Below are positions 1 through 8,104 of a DNA stretch of 32,837 nt, piece by piece. The notes below the pieces were generated by a model. That model was not told the origin of the DNA and did not search any database. It saw only the letters and a list, made by a program, of their open reading frames with translations. The DNA comes from Planctomycetota bacterium (GTDB lineage: Bacteria; Planctomycetota; UBA1135), in the NCBI GenBank assembly GCA_027021325.1, contig JALUUN010000461.1, positions 1 through 32,837 of the forward strand, given 5' to 3'. How positions within the stretch are numbered: position 1 is the stretch's first letter; each line of letters begins with the position of its first letter. Position numbers and translations under genes: made by a program.

Positions 1-261
1 GACGAAGCGGCGCTGTGGGAGCAGGCCCGAAGCGAGGTGGATCCCGCAGACCCCGTCGAGGCCGCCTGGTTCGAGGCTCTCCACGGCGAGCGCAACCGCC
101 GCATGGCCGAGAGGGTGGACCGCCTGCTCCGCGAGCGGTCGGATCAGGGCCTCCTCTTCGCCTTTGGCGCCCTGCACTTCGCCGGACCGGAGGGGCTTCC
201 CCGGCTCCTGGCCCGGCGCGGCTGGACCGTCCAGCGTCTCCCCGCCGCCGCGGAACACTGA
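1..261 (+). CDS. TraB/GumN family protein, C-terminal fragment (5' end lies outside the window)
   Basis: Frame 1 is open from base 1 to the TGA at 259-261; the ORF track shows it only from an internal GTG at 37. The translation ...GERNRRMAERVDRLL...LLFAFGALHFAGPEGLPRLLARRGWTVQRL resembles the TraB/GumN C-terminal signature as I remember it. Third positions are G/C-rich. Confidence 0.6.
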   Translation, partial: DEAALWEQARSEVDPADPVEAAWFEALHGERNRRMAERVDRLLRERSDQGLLFAFGALHFAGPEGLPRLLARRGWTVQRLPAAAEH

Positions 262-264
262 GTC

Positions 265-1794
265 TCAGGCGGTGGCGGCGGTGCGCTTCGCCTCGAGCTC
301 GGCCGGCGTGCAGGTGTCGTAGCACTCGAAGGGAAGCCCCAGCTCCTCGGCCACCGCCCGCAGGGCGGCGAGGTGGTCGCCACGGGCGGCCATGGGGTGG
401 TTGCTGTTGAGGAACTGCTCCACCGGACCGCAGAGGCGCAGGTAGTGCTGCGGCCAGTCGGGGCTGCAGCGGGCGCTGCGTTCCCGCCACTGCTCCTCGT
501 CGGGGATGTCGGTGAGACCGCGGCCGGCGCAGAGGTACGGACGGTGGTCGCGGTAGCTGAAGCGCGCCCAGGTGAAGACCCCGGGCACCCGCACCACCAC
601 CGAGCAGGTGCCTCCCCCCGCTCCGAAGTACATGGGCGTCTGGCGCTCACTCCAGGCCCCCTCCAGGCTGTCGTGCCGGCCCTGGGCGAAGTACGGCGCC
701 AGGGCGCCGGAGTTCACGAACCAGTAGAGGCCGTCCTTCCAGTAGCGCAGGTCGTGGAAGCCGACCGGCTCGCCTCCGTTCAGGAGCTTCAGGAGCTCCA
801 TGGTCACTGCCGCCCCGTCGTCGGCCTCGGTGGCGGCGACCACGGTCTCGCCGTCGCCCTCCGGCCGCAACCGGTTGTTGAGCAGCCCCAGGCTCAGGTC
901 GGTGGCGGGGTAGTGCTCGATCCAGTCGAGCTGGTCCTGGACGCCCAGGAAGTGCAGGCCGAAGCGATCCTTCAACTCCAGGAGGGCGAAGTAGACCTGC
1001 ATCTGGAAGACCACCTGGTCGCGGGTCAGGTCGCGGGCCGGGTCCTCCCCCAGGCGCAGCTCCATCCCCTGCTCCAGGAGCCAGTCCACGGCCGCCTCGG
1101 CGCGGCGCCGGTCCACGGCCTCGGCCATGTGCGCCAGGCGCAGGCCGTCGAAACCGAGGCGGGCCACGCCGAAGACCGAGAGGAAATCGGCCTCGCTGAT
1201 CTTGTTCCACATCTCCATGGAACGGGGCCCGACGGCGCCGTACAGGCGGCCGCGCAGGGCCTGGACCGCCGCCCGGGCGCGCTCGCGGTCCTCGGCGCCG
1301 GGCTCCACAGGCACCGTCTCCAGGGCGGGCGGCGGCAGGCTCCCCTCCTCGAGGAAGCGCCCCAGGGCATCGAGCCATTCCCCGGTCTCGTCGAAGTCCC
1401 CGACGAAGAGCCGCGAGCTCCGCACCCCCACGTGTTCCAGGCCGCTCGCCGCCGCCAGGAGGCCGACCGCACCCGGGAAGTCCGGGATCGCCGAGCCGAG
1501 GAGGAGCTTGGGGAGCTCCGGCGGAAGGAGAGCCAGGGGAGTGACCGTGAAATCGGGGTAGGTCCAGCCGGCCATGAACACGAGCAGACGCTCGCCGCCG
1601 GCGCGGCGGATCACCTCGATACCGCGGGCAACGGAATCCACAGGCCCCTCCGGGTTCAGAAGCCGGGGCTCCCAGCCCAGGGAGCGGATGGCCTCCTGGA
1701 GGCGCTGCAACTGCGGGCCGGCGACAGGCAGGACCACCTCGTTGGCCGAGGCCCGGGCGTCGGCAGGGAAGTACAGGTCGACGGTACGCGCCAT
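265..1794 (-). CDS. L-fucose/L-arabinose isomerase-superfamily protein (FucI-like)
   Basis: ORF 265..1911 trimmed to the ATG at 1792-1794 (MARTVDLYF...). The 39 upstream codons are Arg/Pro-rich and run towards the DUF962 gene. 509 aa. Segments such as VVAATEADDGAAVTMELLKLL and GFHDLRYW look like the FucI-type catalytic region. Confidence 0.6.
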   Translation of the reverse strand: MARTVDLYFPADARASANEVVLPVAGPQLQRLQEAIRSLGWEPRLLNPEGPVDSVARGIEVIRRAGGERLLVFMAGWTYPDFTVTPLALLPPELPKLLLGSAIPDFPGAVGLLAAASGLEHVGVRSSRLFVGDFDETGEWLDALGRFLEEGSLPPPALETVPVEPGAEDRERARAAVQALRGRLYGAVGPRSMEMWNKISEADFLSVFGVARLGFDGLRLAHMAEAVDRRRAEAAVDWLLEQGMELRLGEDPARDLTRDQVVFQMQVYFALLELKDRFGLHFLGVQDQLDWIEHYPATDLSLGLLNNRLRPEGDGETVVAATEADDGAAVTMELLKLLNGGEPVGFHDLRYWKDGLYWFVNSGALAPYFAQGRHDSLEGAWSERQTPMYFGAGGGTCSVVVRVPGVFTWARFSYRDHRPYLCAGRGLTDIPDEEQWRERSARCSPDWPQHYLRLCGPVEQFLNSNHPMAARGDHLAALRAVAEELGLPFECYDTCTPAELEAKRTAATA

Positions 1795-1808
1795 GTCCCA
1801 CCGCCATT

Positions 1809-2147
1809 CTAGGGCGGGTCCGGGCCGGCGCCGGGGAGAGCGGCCAGGTCCCGGCGCAGGCGGCCGTCGAACATGCGCCGGAGCATGCGGACGTCGCCGC
1901 GCAGACTCCACCAGGGATGCCTCCAGGTGGCGGGCCGATTCCGCTCGACGGCGAGGTGGCCGGTCCAGGCCAGGGCGTAGGCGAAGGCCGGCCCGGCGGC
2001 GAACCAGGCGGGGTGGAGGCAGAGGCCGAGGACGGCGGCCGGGAGCAGTCCCGCGGTCCCCAGGGCGTGCAGAGCGCGGTTGGCGGGGTGTCGGTGTTCG
2101 CCCAGGTAGAAGAGCCAGAAGTCCTCGAAGTCCCGGAAGGCGCCCAC
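1809..2147 (-). CDS. DUF962 (Mpo1-like) small membrane protein
   Basis: Only the last ~112 codons of ORF 1809..2519 look protein-like (GAFRDFEDFWLFYLGEHRHPANRALHALGT plus two hydrophobic helices). There is no in-frame ATG. An in-frame GTG at 2145-2147 sits 4 nt after the upstream gene's TGA (2152-2154), so the start is inferred. Confidence 0.55.
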   Translation of the reverse strand: MGAFRDFEDFWLFYLGEHRHPANRALHALGTAGLLPAAVLGLCLHPAWFAAGPAFAYALAWTGHLAVERNRPATWRHPWWSLRGDVRMLRRMFDGRLRRDLAALPGAGPDPP

Positions 2148-2151
2148 GGCC

Positions 2152-3099
2152 TCAAGGGCGGAGGACCCGCTCCAGGCGGGCACGGATGTCCAGGAGGCGC
2201 TCGCGGCCGCCGCCGGCCACCTCGGCCGTCGCCCAGGTGCCCGCGGGCAGTCCGGCGGCGGCGATGGCCTCGCGCACGCGCGGCCAGTCCACGTCGCCCT
2301 CGCCGATCCGGGCCCAGCCCTGCTCGCGGCCCCAGTCCTTGACGTCGAGCTTGTGGATGCGCCGGCCCAGGGTGCGGATCCATTCCTCCGGCCGGCCGTA
2401 CTTGCGGTGGTTGCCGATGTCGAAGTAGGAGCCGACGAGGTCCCGGTCCTCGGCACGGGCCGGGATGGCGTCGATGTAGTCCCGCAGGAGTTCGGCGCCC
2501 TGGTCCGAGGGACCGTCATGGCGGTAGCAGAACCCGTTCCAGACGTTCTCGATGAGGATGCGGACCGCGTTCTCCCGGGCCAGGGGAAGGACGCTCCGGA
2601 TCCCCTCGATGGAGCGCTCCCAGACGAGTTCCTGGGTCTCCTCCGGCCCGGTCACCCGCCCCGGCACCAGGAGCACGCTGTCGCCGCCGTAGGCCGCCGC
2701 GTCCTCGATCGCAGTGCGCAGGGCCTGCACGCCCCGGGCCCGGACCTCGGGATCAGGGTGGCTCAAGCGCTGGTTCCAGTGGACCGAGTCCACGACCCCG
2801 TGCACGGGCAAGCCCGAGGCCTCGCGTGCGGCCAGGACCTCCTCCCGCGTCCAGGCGTTGGGCGAGTCCAGCTCGATGCCGTCGAACCCGCAGTCCCGGA
2901 CCAGGCGGAAGCGCTCCTCGAGGCTCAGATCCCCCGGAGTCATGCCGACCTTGACCGCGAAACGCAGGTTCAGCGGCCGGTGAGGAGGGTCCTGGAAGCG
3001 GGCCAGTGGCAGGACGGCGAGGCCGCCTGCGGCCTGCCGCAGCCAGCGGCGGCGGCTCGAGGCGGAGGGGGAAGGAAGACCGGGCGCGGGGGACTCCAT
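2152..3099 (-). CDS. Xylose-isomerase-like TIM-barrel sugar (phosphate) isomerase/epimerase with a twin-arginine signal
   Basis: 315 aa, ATG at 3097-3099. The N-terminus SSRRRWLRQAAGGLAVLPLA is a Tat-type motif. The body (GFDGIELD..., VLLVPG..., RILIENVWN..., YFDIGNH...KLDVKDW) matches the AP-endonuclease-2/xylose-isomerase-like TIM-barrel pattern. Confidence 0.7.
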   Translation of the reverse strand: MESPAPGLPSPSASSRRRWLRQAAGGLAVLPLARFQDPPHRPLNLRFAVKVGMTPGDLSLEERFRLVRDCGFDGIELDSPNAWTREEVLAAREASGLPVHGVVDSVHWNQRLSHPDPEVRARGVQALRTAIEDAAAYGGDSVLLVPGRVTGPEETQELVWERSIEGIRSVLPLARENAVRILIENVWNGFCYRHDGPSDQGAELLRDYIDAIPARAEDRDLVGSYFDIGNHRKYGRPEEWIRTLGRRIHKLDVKDWGREQGWARIGEGDVDWPRVREAIAAAGLPAGTWATAEVAGGGRERLLDIRARLERVLRP

Positions 3100-3465
3100 G
3101 GCGGGGGCCTCTGTTCTACGGCGGGAGGAAGGGAGTCGGAAGGGATTCCCACGGGGAAGAAGGCCCCCGGCGCCTGCCGAGCCGCATCCGGCCCCCTAGG
3201 AAGTTGCTAAGGAAGCCAGAGCCCTCCCTTCCCCACGGAGACCGGGCGGGACAGGATCTTCCTCCGGAAATCCACGGGCCCCCGGGGCCGGCATCTCTTG
3301 CGTTCCCCGCGGATGGCCCCCTAGGCTGGAGGGTGCTGGCCTCCCGGCCGGCGGCCGGTCCCCCTGGCCGGCCCCTCCCCCTGCGGCGCATCCCCCTGCG
3401 CCGTCCCTGAATCCTCACACCCTGAGTCCCGCGGGCCTCTCAGGGTCCCGGGCACCCCGGCCCCC

Positions 3466-5418
3466 ATGATCTCTACGAGTCTCCGCCGAGGGCGGCTGTA
3501 CGCCGCACTGCTGACAAGCCTGCTCCTGCCTCTCCCCCTGCTCCACGCCCAGGGCACGCTTCCGGGCGACGCGGACGTGGACTACGAGGAGAGTGAACGC
3601 ACGGTCCAGCCGGCCAGTCCCGAGCCCATCACCCTGAACCTGGGCCACGCCCTGGCCCCTCCGGGCGGCATGCTCGAAGGGGTCGTGAACCCCGCGGTCT
3701 CTGACGGCGCCCTCGATCTGTACCTCGAGGGCGGCACCCTCGGGGGGCTGCAGCGCGGGATCATGCGGATGGACGGCTACGATCCCGCCAGCGACGGCCT
3801 GCGCACCCTGGGCGAGGCCGAGGAGCGTGGCATGCGAACGCTCCTCACCATCGTCGGCACCCCCTGGGACCTGGCGACGGAGTGGGACGGGCCCGAACTC
3901 GGCGACCTGCCGCCCTGGGCGCGTTCGGTGCCCCTCGACATGCAGGAGTGGGCCGACCGCGTGGCCGACGCCCTGCGCGAGCTTCGCGACGATTACGGCC
4001 TGGTCCCGGACTACGTCGAGATCTGGAACGAGCCCGACCGCTACGAGTGGTGGACCGGAACGCGCGACGAGTATCTGGAGCTGTACAGCGTGACCTCCCG
4101 GACCCTGGACCTGGTCTTCCCGTCGCGGGGCTTCAAGATCGGCGGACCGGGGCTGGCGAGCATCCGCTCTACGGTCGGCGGCAGCGAGTCCCTGGTCCTG
4201 AGCCTCATCGATACCGCCGGCGCCATGGCCCTGCCCCTGGATTTCGTCTCCTGGCACCACTACGACGTCGGCGGGGCGGTGCGCTACTACGAGGAGTATC
4301 CCCTGGTCGAGGCGGCCCTGCACCGCAACGGCTTCCACGACACCGAGCAGATCCTCTCGGAGTGGAACGTCTACCCGAGCAACCAGGGCAACCCCTACGC
4401 CCAGGAACTGGACGGTTCCCACCCCGCGGCTCTGGCCCTGAACATCCTCCATACCGTCGCCCAGGGGCAGCTCGACGGTCACTGCTTCTTCCTGCTGCAG
4501 GACAAGGAGAACCAGTTCGGGACCTCGGATTTCCTGATCGGCGCCAACGGGATGGTCACGCTCCACGGAATCCACAAACCCGTCTGGCAGGTCTTCCAGT
4601 TCCTCCGCAGCCTCGCCGGCACTCCGCAAGCCGAGGTGAAGTACCCGGACAACGAGTACGGGCTGGGCGTCCTGGCCTTCTACGACGCGCCCGCCCGCAA
4701 GGGCACCGTCCTGGTGGGCTGGGATACCATCGAGAGCGAGTGGATCTGGGCCGAGGCCTGCCGCGAGCGCGGAATCGGCGCGCAGCGCGTCTGGGACGCC
4801 GTCGAGGCGCTCCTGGCCGCGGAAATGGAGGTGAACGCCGAGAACCTGGAGCTCGCCGGCCTGACCCCCTACGAAGCCGAGGCCGGGGCCGAGGTCTATG
4901 CCCTGGCGGTCGAGGCCGAGTGGCTGGAGGAGAACCCGCGGAGTGTCGAGCTCCACATGCCCGGCGTCAGCTCGCTCTCCATTGACCGTGTCTGGCGCTT
5001 CGACGCCGAGAACAACAACCCTGCTGCGCGGCGCGACGAGTTTCTGCCCCTGCTCGAGTGGGCGGAGGCCGAGGCCCAGGAGATCTCCTACGGCGACCTG
5101 CAGGCCTTTCTGGCCGGTGAGGGCGTGGACATGCCGGATTACGAGGACCTCGGCGAGGGCGAGTTCCCGGACTCGGCCGAGGGTCTTGCCGCCTGGCTCG
5201 GCATCGACCTGGACCTGGCCGAGGAGGCCTGGTTCCTGTGGGAGAACTCGCTCTGGACCGCCCGCATCGCCCGTGCCGATGAACTGAACGCCCTGCCGGC
5301 GGCGACCCTCGTCGCCACCGACTCCGTCGGCGCCGGAGTCGGCTGGGGTGGACAGACCCTGTTCTTCAGCATGGAACCGGACAGTGTGATCGTCATCGAG
5401 TACACGGTCGGCTCCTGA
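3466..5418 (+). CDS. Secreted clan GH-A glycoside hydrolase, GH39-like, copy 1
   Basis: 650 aa with a signal peptide (LLTSLLLPLPLLHAQG). DYVEIWNEPD is the acid/base NEP motif, ...FKIGGPG... and DFVSWHHY follow, and ILSEWN is the candidate nucleophile. The order and spacing match GH39 beta-xylosidase as I recall it (EIWNEPN...VGGPA...DFVSRHAY...ITEYN). The last ~250 aa are acidic. Confidence 0.75.
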   Translation: MISTSLRRGRLYAALLTSLLLPLPLLHAQGTLPGDADVDYEESERTVQPASPEPITLNLGHALAPPGGMLEGVVNPAVSDGALDLYLEGGTLGGLQRGIMRMDGYDPASDGLRTLGEAEERGMRTLLTIVGTPWDLATEWDGPELGDLPPWARSVPLDMQEWADRVADALRELRDDYGLVPDYVEIWNEPDRYEWWTGTRDEYLELYSVTSRTLDLVFPSRGFKIGGPGLASIRSTVGGSESLVLSLIDTAGAMALPLDFVSWHHYDVGGAVRYYEEYPLVEAALHRNGFHDTEQILSEWNVYPSNQGNPYAQELDGSHPAALALNILHTVAQGQLDGHCFFLLQDKENQFGTSDFLIGANGMVTLHGIHKPVWQVFQFLRSLAGTPQAEVKYPDNEYGLGVLAFYDAPARKGTVLVGWDTIESEWIWAEACRERGIGAQRVWDAVEALLAAEMEVNAENLELAGLTPYEAEAGAEVYALAVEAEWLEENPRSVELHMPGVSSLSIDRVWRFDAENNNPAARRDEFLPLLEWAEAEAQEISYGDLQAFLAGEGVDMPDYEDLGEGEFPDSAEGLAAWLGIDLDLAEEAWFLWENSLWTARIARADELNALPAATLVATDSVGAGVGWGGQTLFFSMEPDSVIVIEYTVGS

Positions 5419-5435
5419 GTTCGGGAGTCTCGGCA

Positions 5436-5477
5436 GAGCGGGGAGCGGCCGCCGGCGGCTCCCCGCTCGCTGTTTCC
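5436..5477 (+). terminator. GC-rich hairpin after GH39-like copy 1 (candidate intrinsic terminator with a weak U tract)
   Basis: Perfect 11-bp inverted repeat: gagcggggagc (5436-5446) and gctccccgctc (5458-5468). The loop is 11 nt and is followed by gctgtttcc. It lies 18 nt after the stop codon. Confidence 0.45.
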
Positions 5478-5490
5478 GGCCGCACCTGGC

Positions 5491-5561
5491 GGAGGCGGAG
5501 CCGTGACCTGCCCCGGCGGGACTTCCCGGGGACCTCCGTGACAGGTCACGGCCCCGCCTCC
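5491..5561. repeat. 71-nt compound palindromic element between the two GH39-like paralogs
   Basis: Arms ggaggcggagccgtgacctg (5491-5510) and caggtcacggccccgcctcc (5542-5561) are reverse complements with one mismatch in 20. An inner hairpin pairs ccccgg (5511-5516) with ccgggg (5526-5531). A nested palindrome gtgac-ag-gtcac overlaps the right arm. Confidence 0.6.
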
Positions 5562-5672
5562 GTTCGGCCTGACCGGTCTCATCCCGGCCGCTCCGGGTCC
5601 GCAAAGGAGGCGAACACCGCGGGACGGGCGATACCGGCCCGGCCGCGGAACGGGATCGGGAACAGCCATACC

Positions 5673-7577
5673 ATGCAACACCAGGCATCCTGGGCCGGGC
5701 GGCTCGCGCTCGGGCTCCTCCTTCTCTCCTCCCCTCTGAGCTCCGCCACGCCGGCTCCCCAGGAGAAGAGCGTGGCAGCCATCGGCGAAGGACCGGTCGT
5801 GGTCCGCCTGGACCGCACCCTGCCGCCGCCCCGGGAACGGGTCGAAGGCTTCGTCGAGGCCTACCGGACCTCTCGCAGCGGCCAGCTCTACGCCGGCGAG
5901 CAACCCTCTTACGGCGGCCTCTACCGCCTGCAGATCCAGATGGATCTGCCGAATCTCGCGGGCAGTCTCGCCGAGAACCTGCAACTCGTCGAGGATCTGG
6001 GCATGCAGGCCTGGCTCACGGTCGTGGGCACGCCCTTCGATCTGGCGACGCAGTTCGAGGACGAGGCCGAGGGAACGCTCGATGCCTATGCCCGCTCCGT
6101 GCCCTCCGACCTCCAGGAATGGGCGGACCGGGTGGTGGCGGTTCTCCAGGAGTGCGAAGAGGAGTCCGGACTCCTGCCGGACTACGTCGAGATCTGGAAC
6201 GAGCCGGAGCGCGCGGAGTGGTGGAGCGGCACCCAGGAAGAGTATGAAGAACTCTACGCCGTCGCCGCCCAGGCCCTGGACCAGGCCTTTCCGGAGCGCG
6301 CGTTCCGGATCGGCGGCCCGGCGCTGGCCGGAGCCACCTCGACCTTCGACGGCGAGGAACCCTTCCTCCTGGAGTTCGTGGACGCGGCCATCGCCCGGGA
6401 GGCGCCCCTGGAGTTCGTCTCCTGGCACCATTACGACCTCGGCGGTGCGATCCGCTACTACGACGTCTACGAGCAGCTGCAGGAGCGCCTCGACGCCTAC
6501 GGGCTGCAGGACGTCCTCCGGATCGTGAGCGAGTGGAACCTGGCACCCTCCAGCTTCAACAATCCGGAGGCCGGCGACCTGGACCGGAGTCACGCCGCGG
6601 CCATGGCCCTGAACGTCATCGACGCCGCCATCCGCGGCGATCTGGACGGGCAGATCTTCTTCCAGCTCCAGGACGTGGACCAGCAGTTCGGAACCTCGGA
6701 CTTCCTGCTCGGTGCCCCGGGCCTGATGACCCTGCACGGCATCTACAAGCCGGTGTACCGGCTCCTGGAAGGCCTGCGCCAGGCGGCGGCGCTGCCCGCG
6801 GTCGAGGTCGAGTACCCCCTCAACGAGTGGGGCCTCGGGGTGAGCGCCTTCCGCGCCGACCGCTTCGGCGTCCTGTTCGTCGGCTGGGACACGGTGGACG
6901 CCGAGTGGGTCTGGGCCGAAGGTTGCAAGGAGCGCGGGGCCCAGCCCGGCGTCCTCTGGTCGGCCGTCGAGGACGCCTTCGAAGAGTACGGAACCCTCAG
7001 CGAACAGACCCTGGTCGCCGTCGGCCTGGAGGAGTGGGAGGCTGCGGTGGCTCTGGAGGTCTACGCCCTGGCCCTCGAGGCGCAGGTCGTGGAAGCCAAC
7101 CCGCGCGAGGTCGAGATCGTCCTGGAGGGCGCCTCCTCCATCCGCCTCGGCGAGGTCTGGCGCTTCGACTCGGCCCGCAACAACCCTGCCGACCGGCGCG
7201 AGGAGTTCCTGCCGACCCTGGAGTGGGCCGAAGACGAGGCCAAGGAGTACGCCTACGACGAGACGGTGGCCTTCCTGGCCGAGGAGGGCATCACCGATGT
7301 CCCGGACTACGACGACATCGAGGACTTCCCGGAGAACGCCGAAGAGCTCGGGGAACTCCTGGGCCTGAGCGAGTACCTGGCCATCGAGGCCTGGGGGGTC
7401 CTGGACAACGCCCTGGAAGAGGGCCGCCTGCTCCACGCCGACGACCTCAACGCCCTGCCCGCGGCCACCGTCCAGTCGGAGTCCGCCGAGGAGGCCGGGA
7501 TCGCCTTCGAGGACGGCGTCCTGCGCTTCAGCATGGAGCCGAACTCGGTCTACGTCCTCAAGTTCCGGGTCCGCTGA
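5673..7577 (+). CDS. Secreted clan GH-A glycoside hydrolase, GH39-like, copy 2 (tandem paralog)
   Basis: ORF 5538..7577 trimmed to the ATG at 5673 (MQHQASWAGRLALGLLLLSSPLSSA, a signal peptide). It has the same motifs as copy 1: DYVEIWNEPE, FRIGGPA, EFVSWHHYD and IVSEWN. It aligns with copy 1 over its whole length, including the acidic C-terminal region. Confidence 0.75.
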   Translation: MQHQASWAGRLALGLLLLSSPLSSATPAPQEKSVAAIGEGPVVVRLDRTLPPPRERVEGFVEAYRTSRSGQLYAGEQPSYGGLYRLQIQMDLPNLAGSLAENLQLVEDLGMQAWLTVVGTPFDLATQFEDEAEGTLDAYARSVPSDLQEWADRVVAVLQECEEESGLLPDYVEIWNEPERAEWWSGTQEEYEELYAVAAQALDQAFPERAFRIGGPALAGATSTFDGEEPFLLEFVDAAIAREAPLEFVSWHHYDLGGAIRYYDVYEQLQERLDAYGLQDVLRIVSEWNLAPSSFNNPEAGDLDRSHAAAMALNVIDAAIRGDLDGQIFFQLQDVDQQFGTSDFLLGAPGLMTLHGIYKPVYRLLEGLRQAAALPAVEVEYPLNEWGLGVSAFRADRFGVLFVGWDTVDAEWVWAEGCKERGAQPGVLWSAVEDAFEEYGTLSEQTLVAVGLEEWEAAVALEVYALALEAQVVEANPREVEIVLEGASSIRLGEVWRFDSARNNPADRREEFLPTLEWAEDEAKEYAYDETVAFLAEEGITDVPDYDDIEDFPENAEELGELLGLSEYLAIEAWGVLDNALEEGRLLHADDLNALPAATVQSESAEEAGIAFEDGVLRFSMEPNSVYVLKFRVR

Positions 7578-7595
7578 GCCGGGCCGCTACGGTCC

Positions 7596-8102
7596 TCAGC
7601 CGGAATCGCCGAGGACCTCCCGCGGCCGCGCCAGCTCGACGAGCCGGGCGCGGCCGGCCCCCAGGTCCTCCCAGGCCCGGGGCAGCTCGATACGGGCGGC
7701 GGCGCAGGTCGGGAAGGGAACCGGCCGCCCGGCCAGGGCGCTGACGAGGACCTCGAGGCCGGGATTGTGGGCCACGAGGAGGACATGGCCGGGCGCCTCC
7801 TGTTCCTCTTCCAGTCCGGACACAAGGTCGCGGATCCCCTCCGGAGGCGCCAGGTAGAGGCGGCGGTCCAGGCGCAGGGGCGCCCTGCTCCCCAGGGACT
7901 CGCGCAGGAGCTCGGCGGTCTCCTGCGCGCGCCGGGCCGTACTGCTCCAGAACAGGTCCACCGGCGGTTCAAAGCCGCGCAGATACTCTCCCATGCGCGG
8001 CGCCGTGCGCAGGCCGCGCCGGTTCAAGGGCCGCTCGTGGTCGTCCAGACCTTCCTGCTCCCAGGAGGACTTCGCGTGCCGGACCAGGGTGAGCCAGGGC
8101 AT
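7596..8102 (-). CDS. sixA: Phosphohistidine phosphatase SixA / histidine phosphatase family protein
   Basis: ORF 7596..8666 trimmed to the ATG at 8100-8102. 168 aa. MPWLTLVRHAKSSWE...ERPLNRRG...LLVAHNPG carries the RHA/G...H catalytic pattern of small SixA-type phosphatases. Confidence 0.7.
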   Translation of the reverse strand: MPWLTLVRHAKSSWEQEGLDDHERPLNRRGLRTAPRMGEYLRGFEPPVDLFWSSTARRAQETAELLRESLGSRAPLRLDRRLYLAPPEGIRDLVSGLEEEQEAPGHVLLVAHNPGLEVLVSALAGRPVPFPTCAAARIELPRAWEDLGAGRARLVELARPREVLGDSG

Positions 8103-8104
8103 GC

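Noticed and set aside
259-267. Convergent genes ending 3 nt apart (tgaGTCtca), and likewise 7577/7596 ending 18 nt apart, with no terminator hairpin
   Set aside because: This is a real observation, but it most likely just reflects compact genome organisation. No structure or function can be argued from the sequence.
647-2428. ORFs 647..2383 (-), 373..1812 (+) and 1574..2428 (+) overlapping the FucI-like and DUF962 genes
   Set aside because: They are Arg/Pro/Gly-rich out-of-frame or antisense readings of genes already explained. No motifs were found.
3190-3325. Two copies of the 11-mer ggccccctagg (3190-3200 and 3315-3325), each containing the palindromic cctagg, in the 366-bp divergent region. 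There is also an 8-bp inverted repeat, accctgag/ctcagggt, just upstream of the GH start.
   Set aside because: The repeats are short, and I cannot judge by eye whether they could arise by chance in GC-rich DNA. There is no supporting promoter geometry. They are only worth revisiting if motif searches recover them elsewhere.
5598-5606. Strong Shine-Dalgarno-like aaaggagg in the GH intergenic region, suggesting a small hidden ORF
   Set aside because: No ATG/GTG/TTG lies at a suitable 5-10 nt distance. The copy-2 ATG is ~70 nt away.
3415-7436. Two very long minus-strand ORFs (3415..5688, 757 aa; 5139..7436, 765 aa) antisense to the GH39-like genes
   Set aside because: Their translations are Gly/Arg/Pro/Ala/Val-rich with no recognisable motifs. 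The plus-strand frames carry signal peptides and full GH motifs. Long stop-free antisense frames are expected at this GC content.
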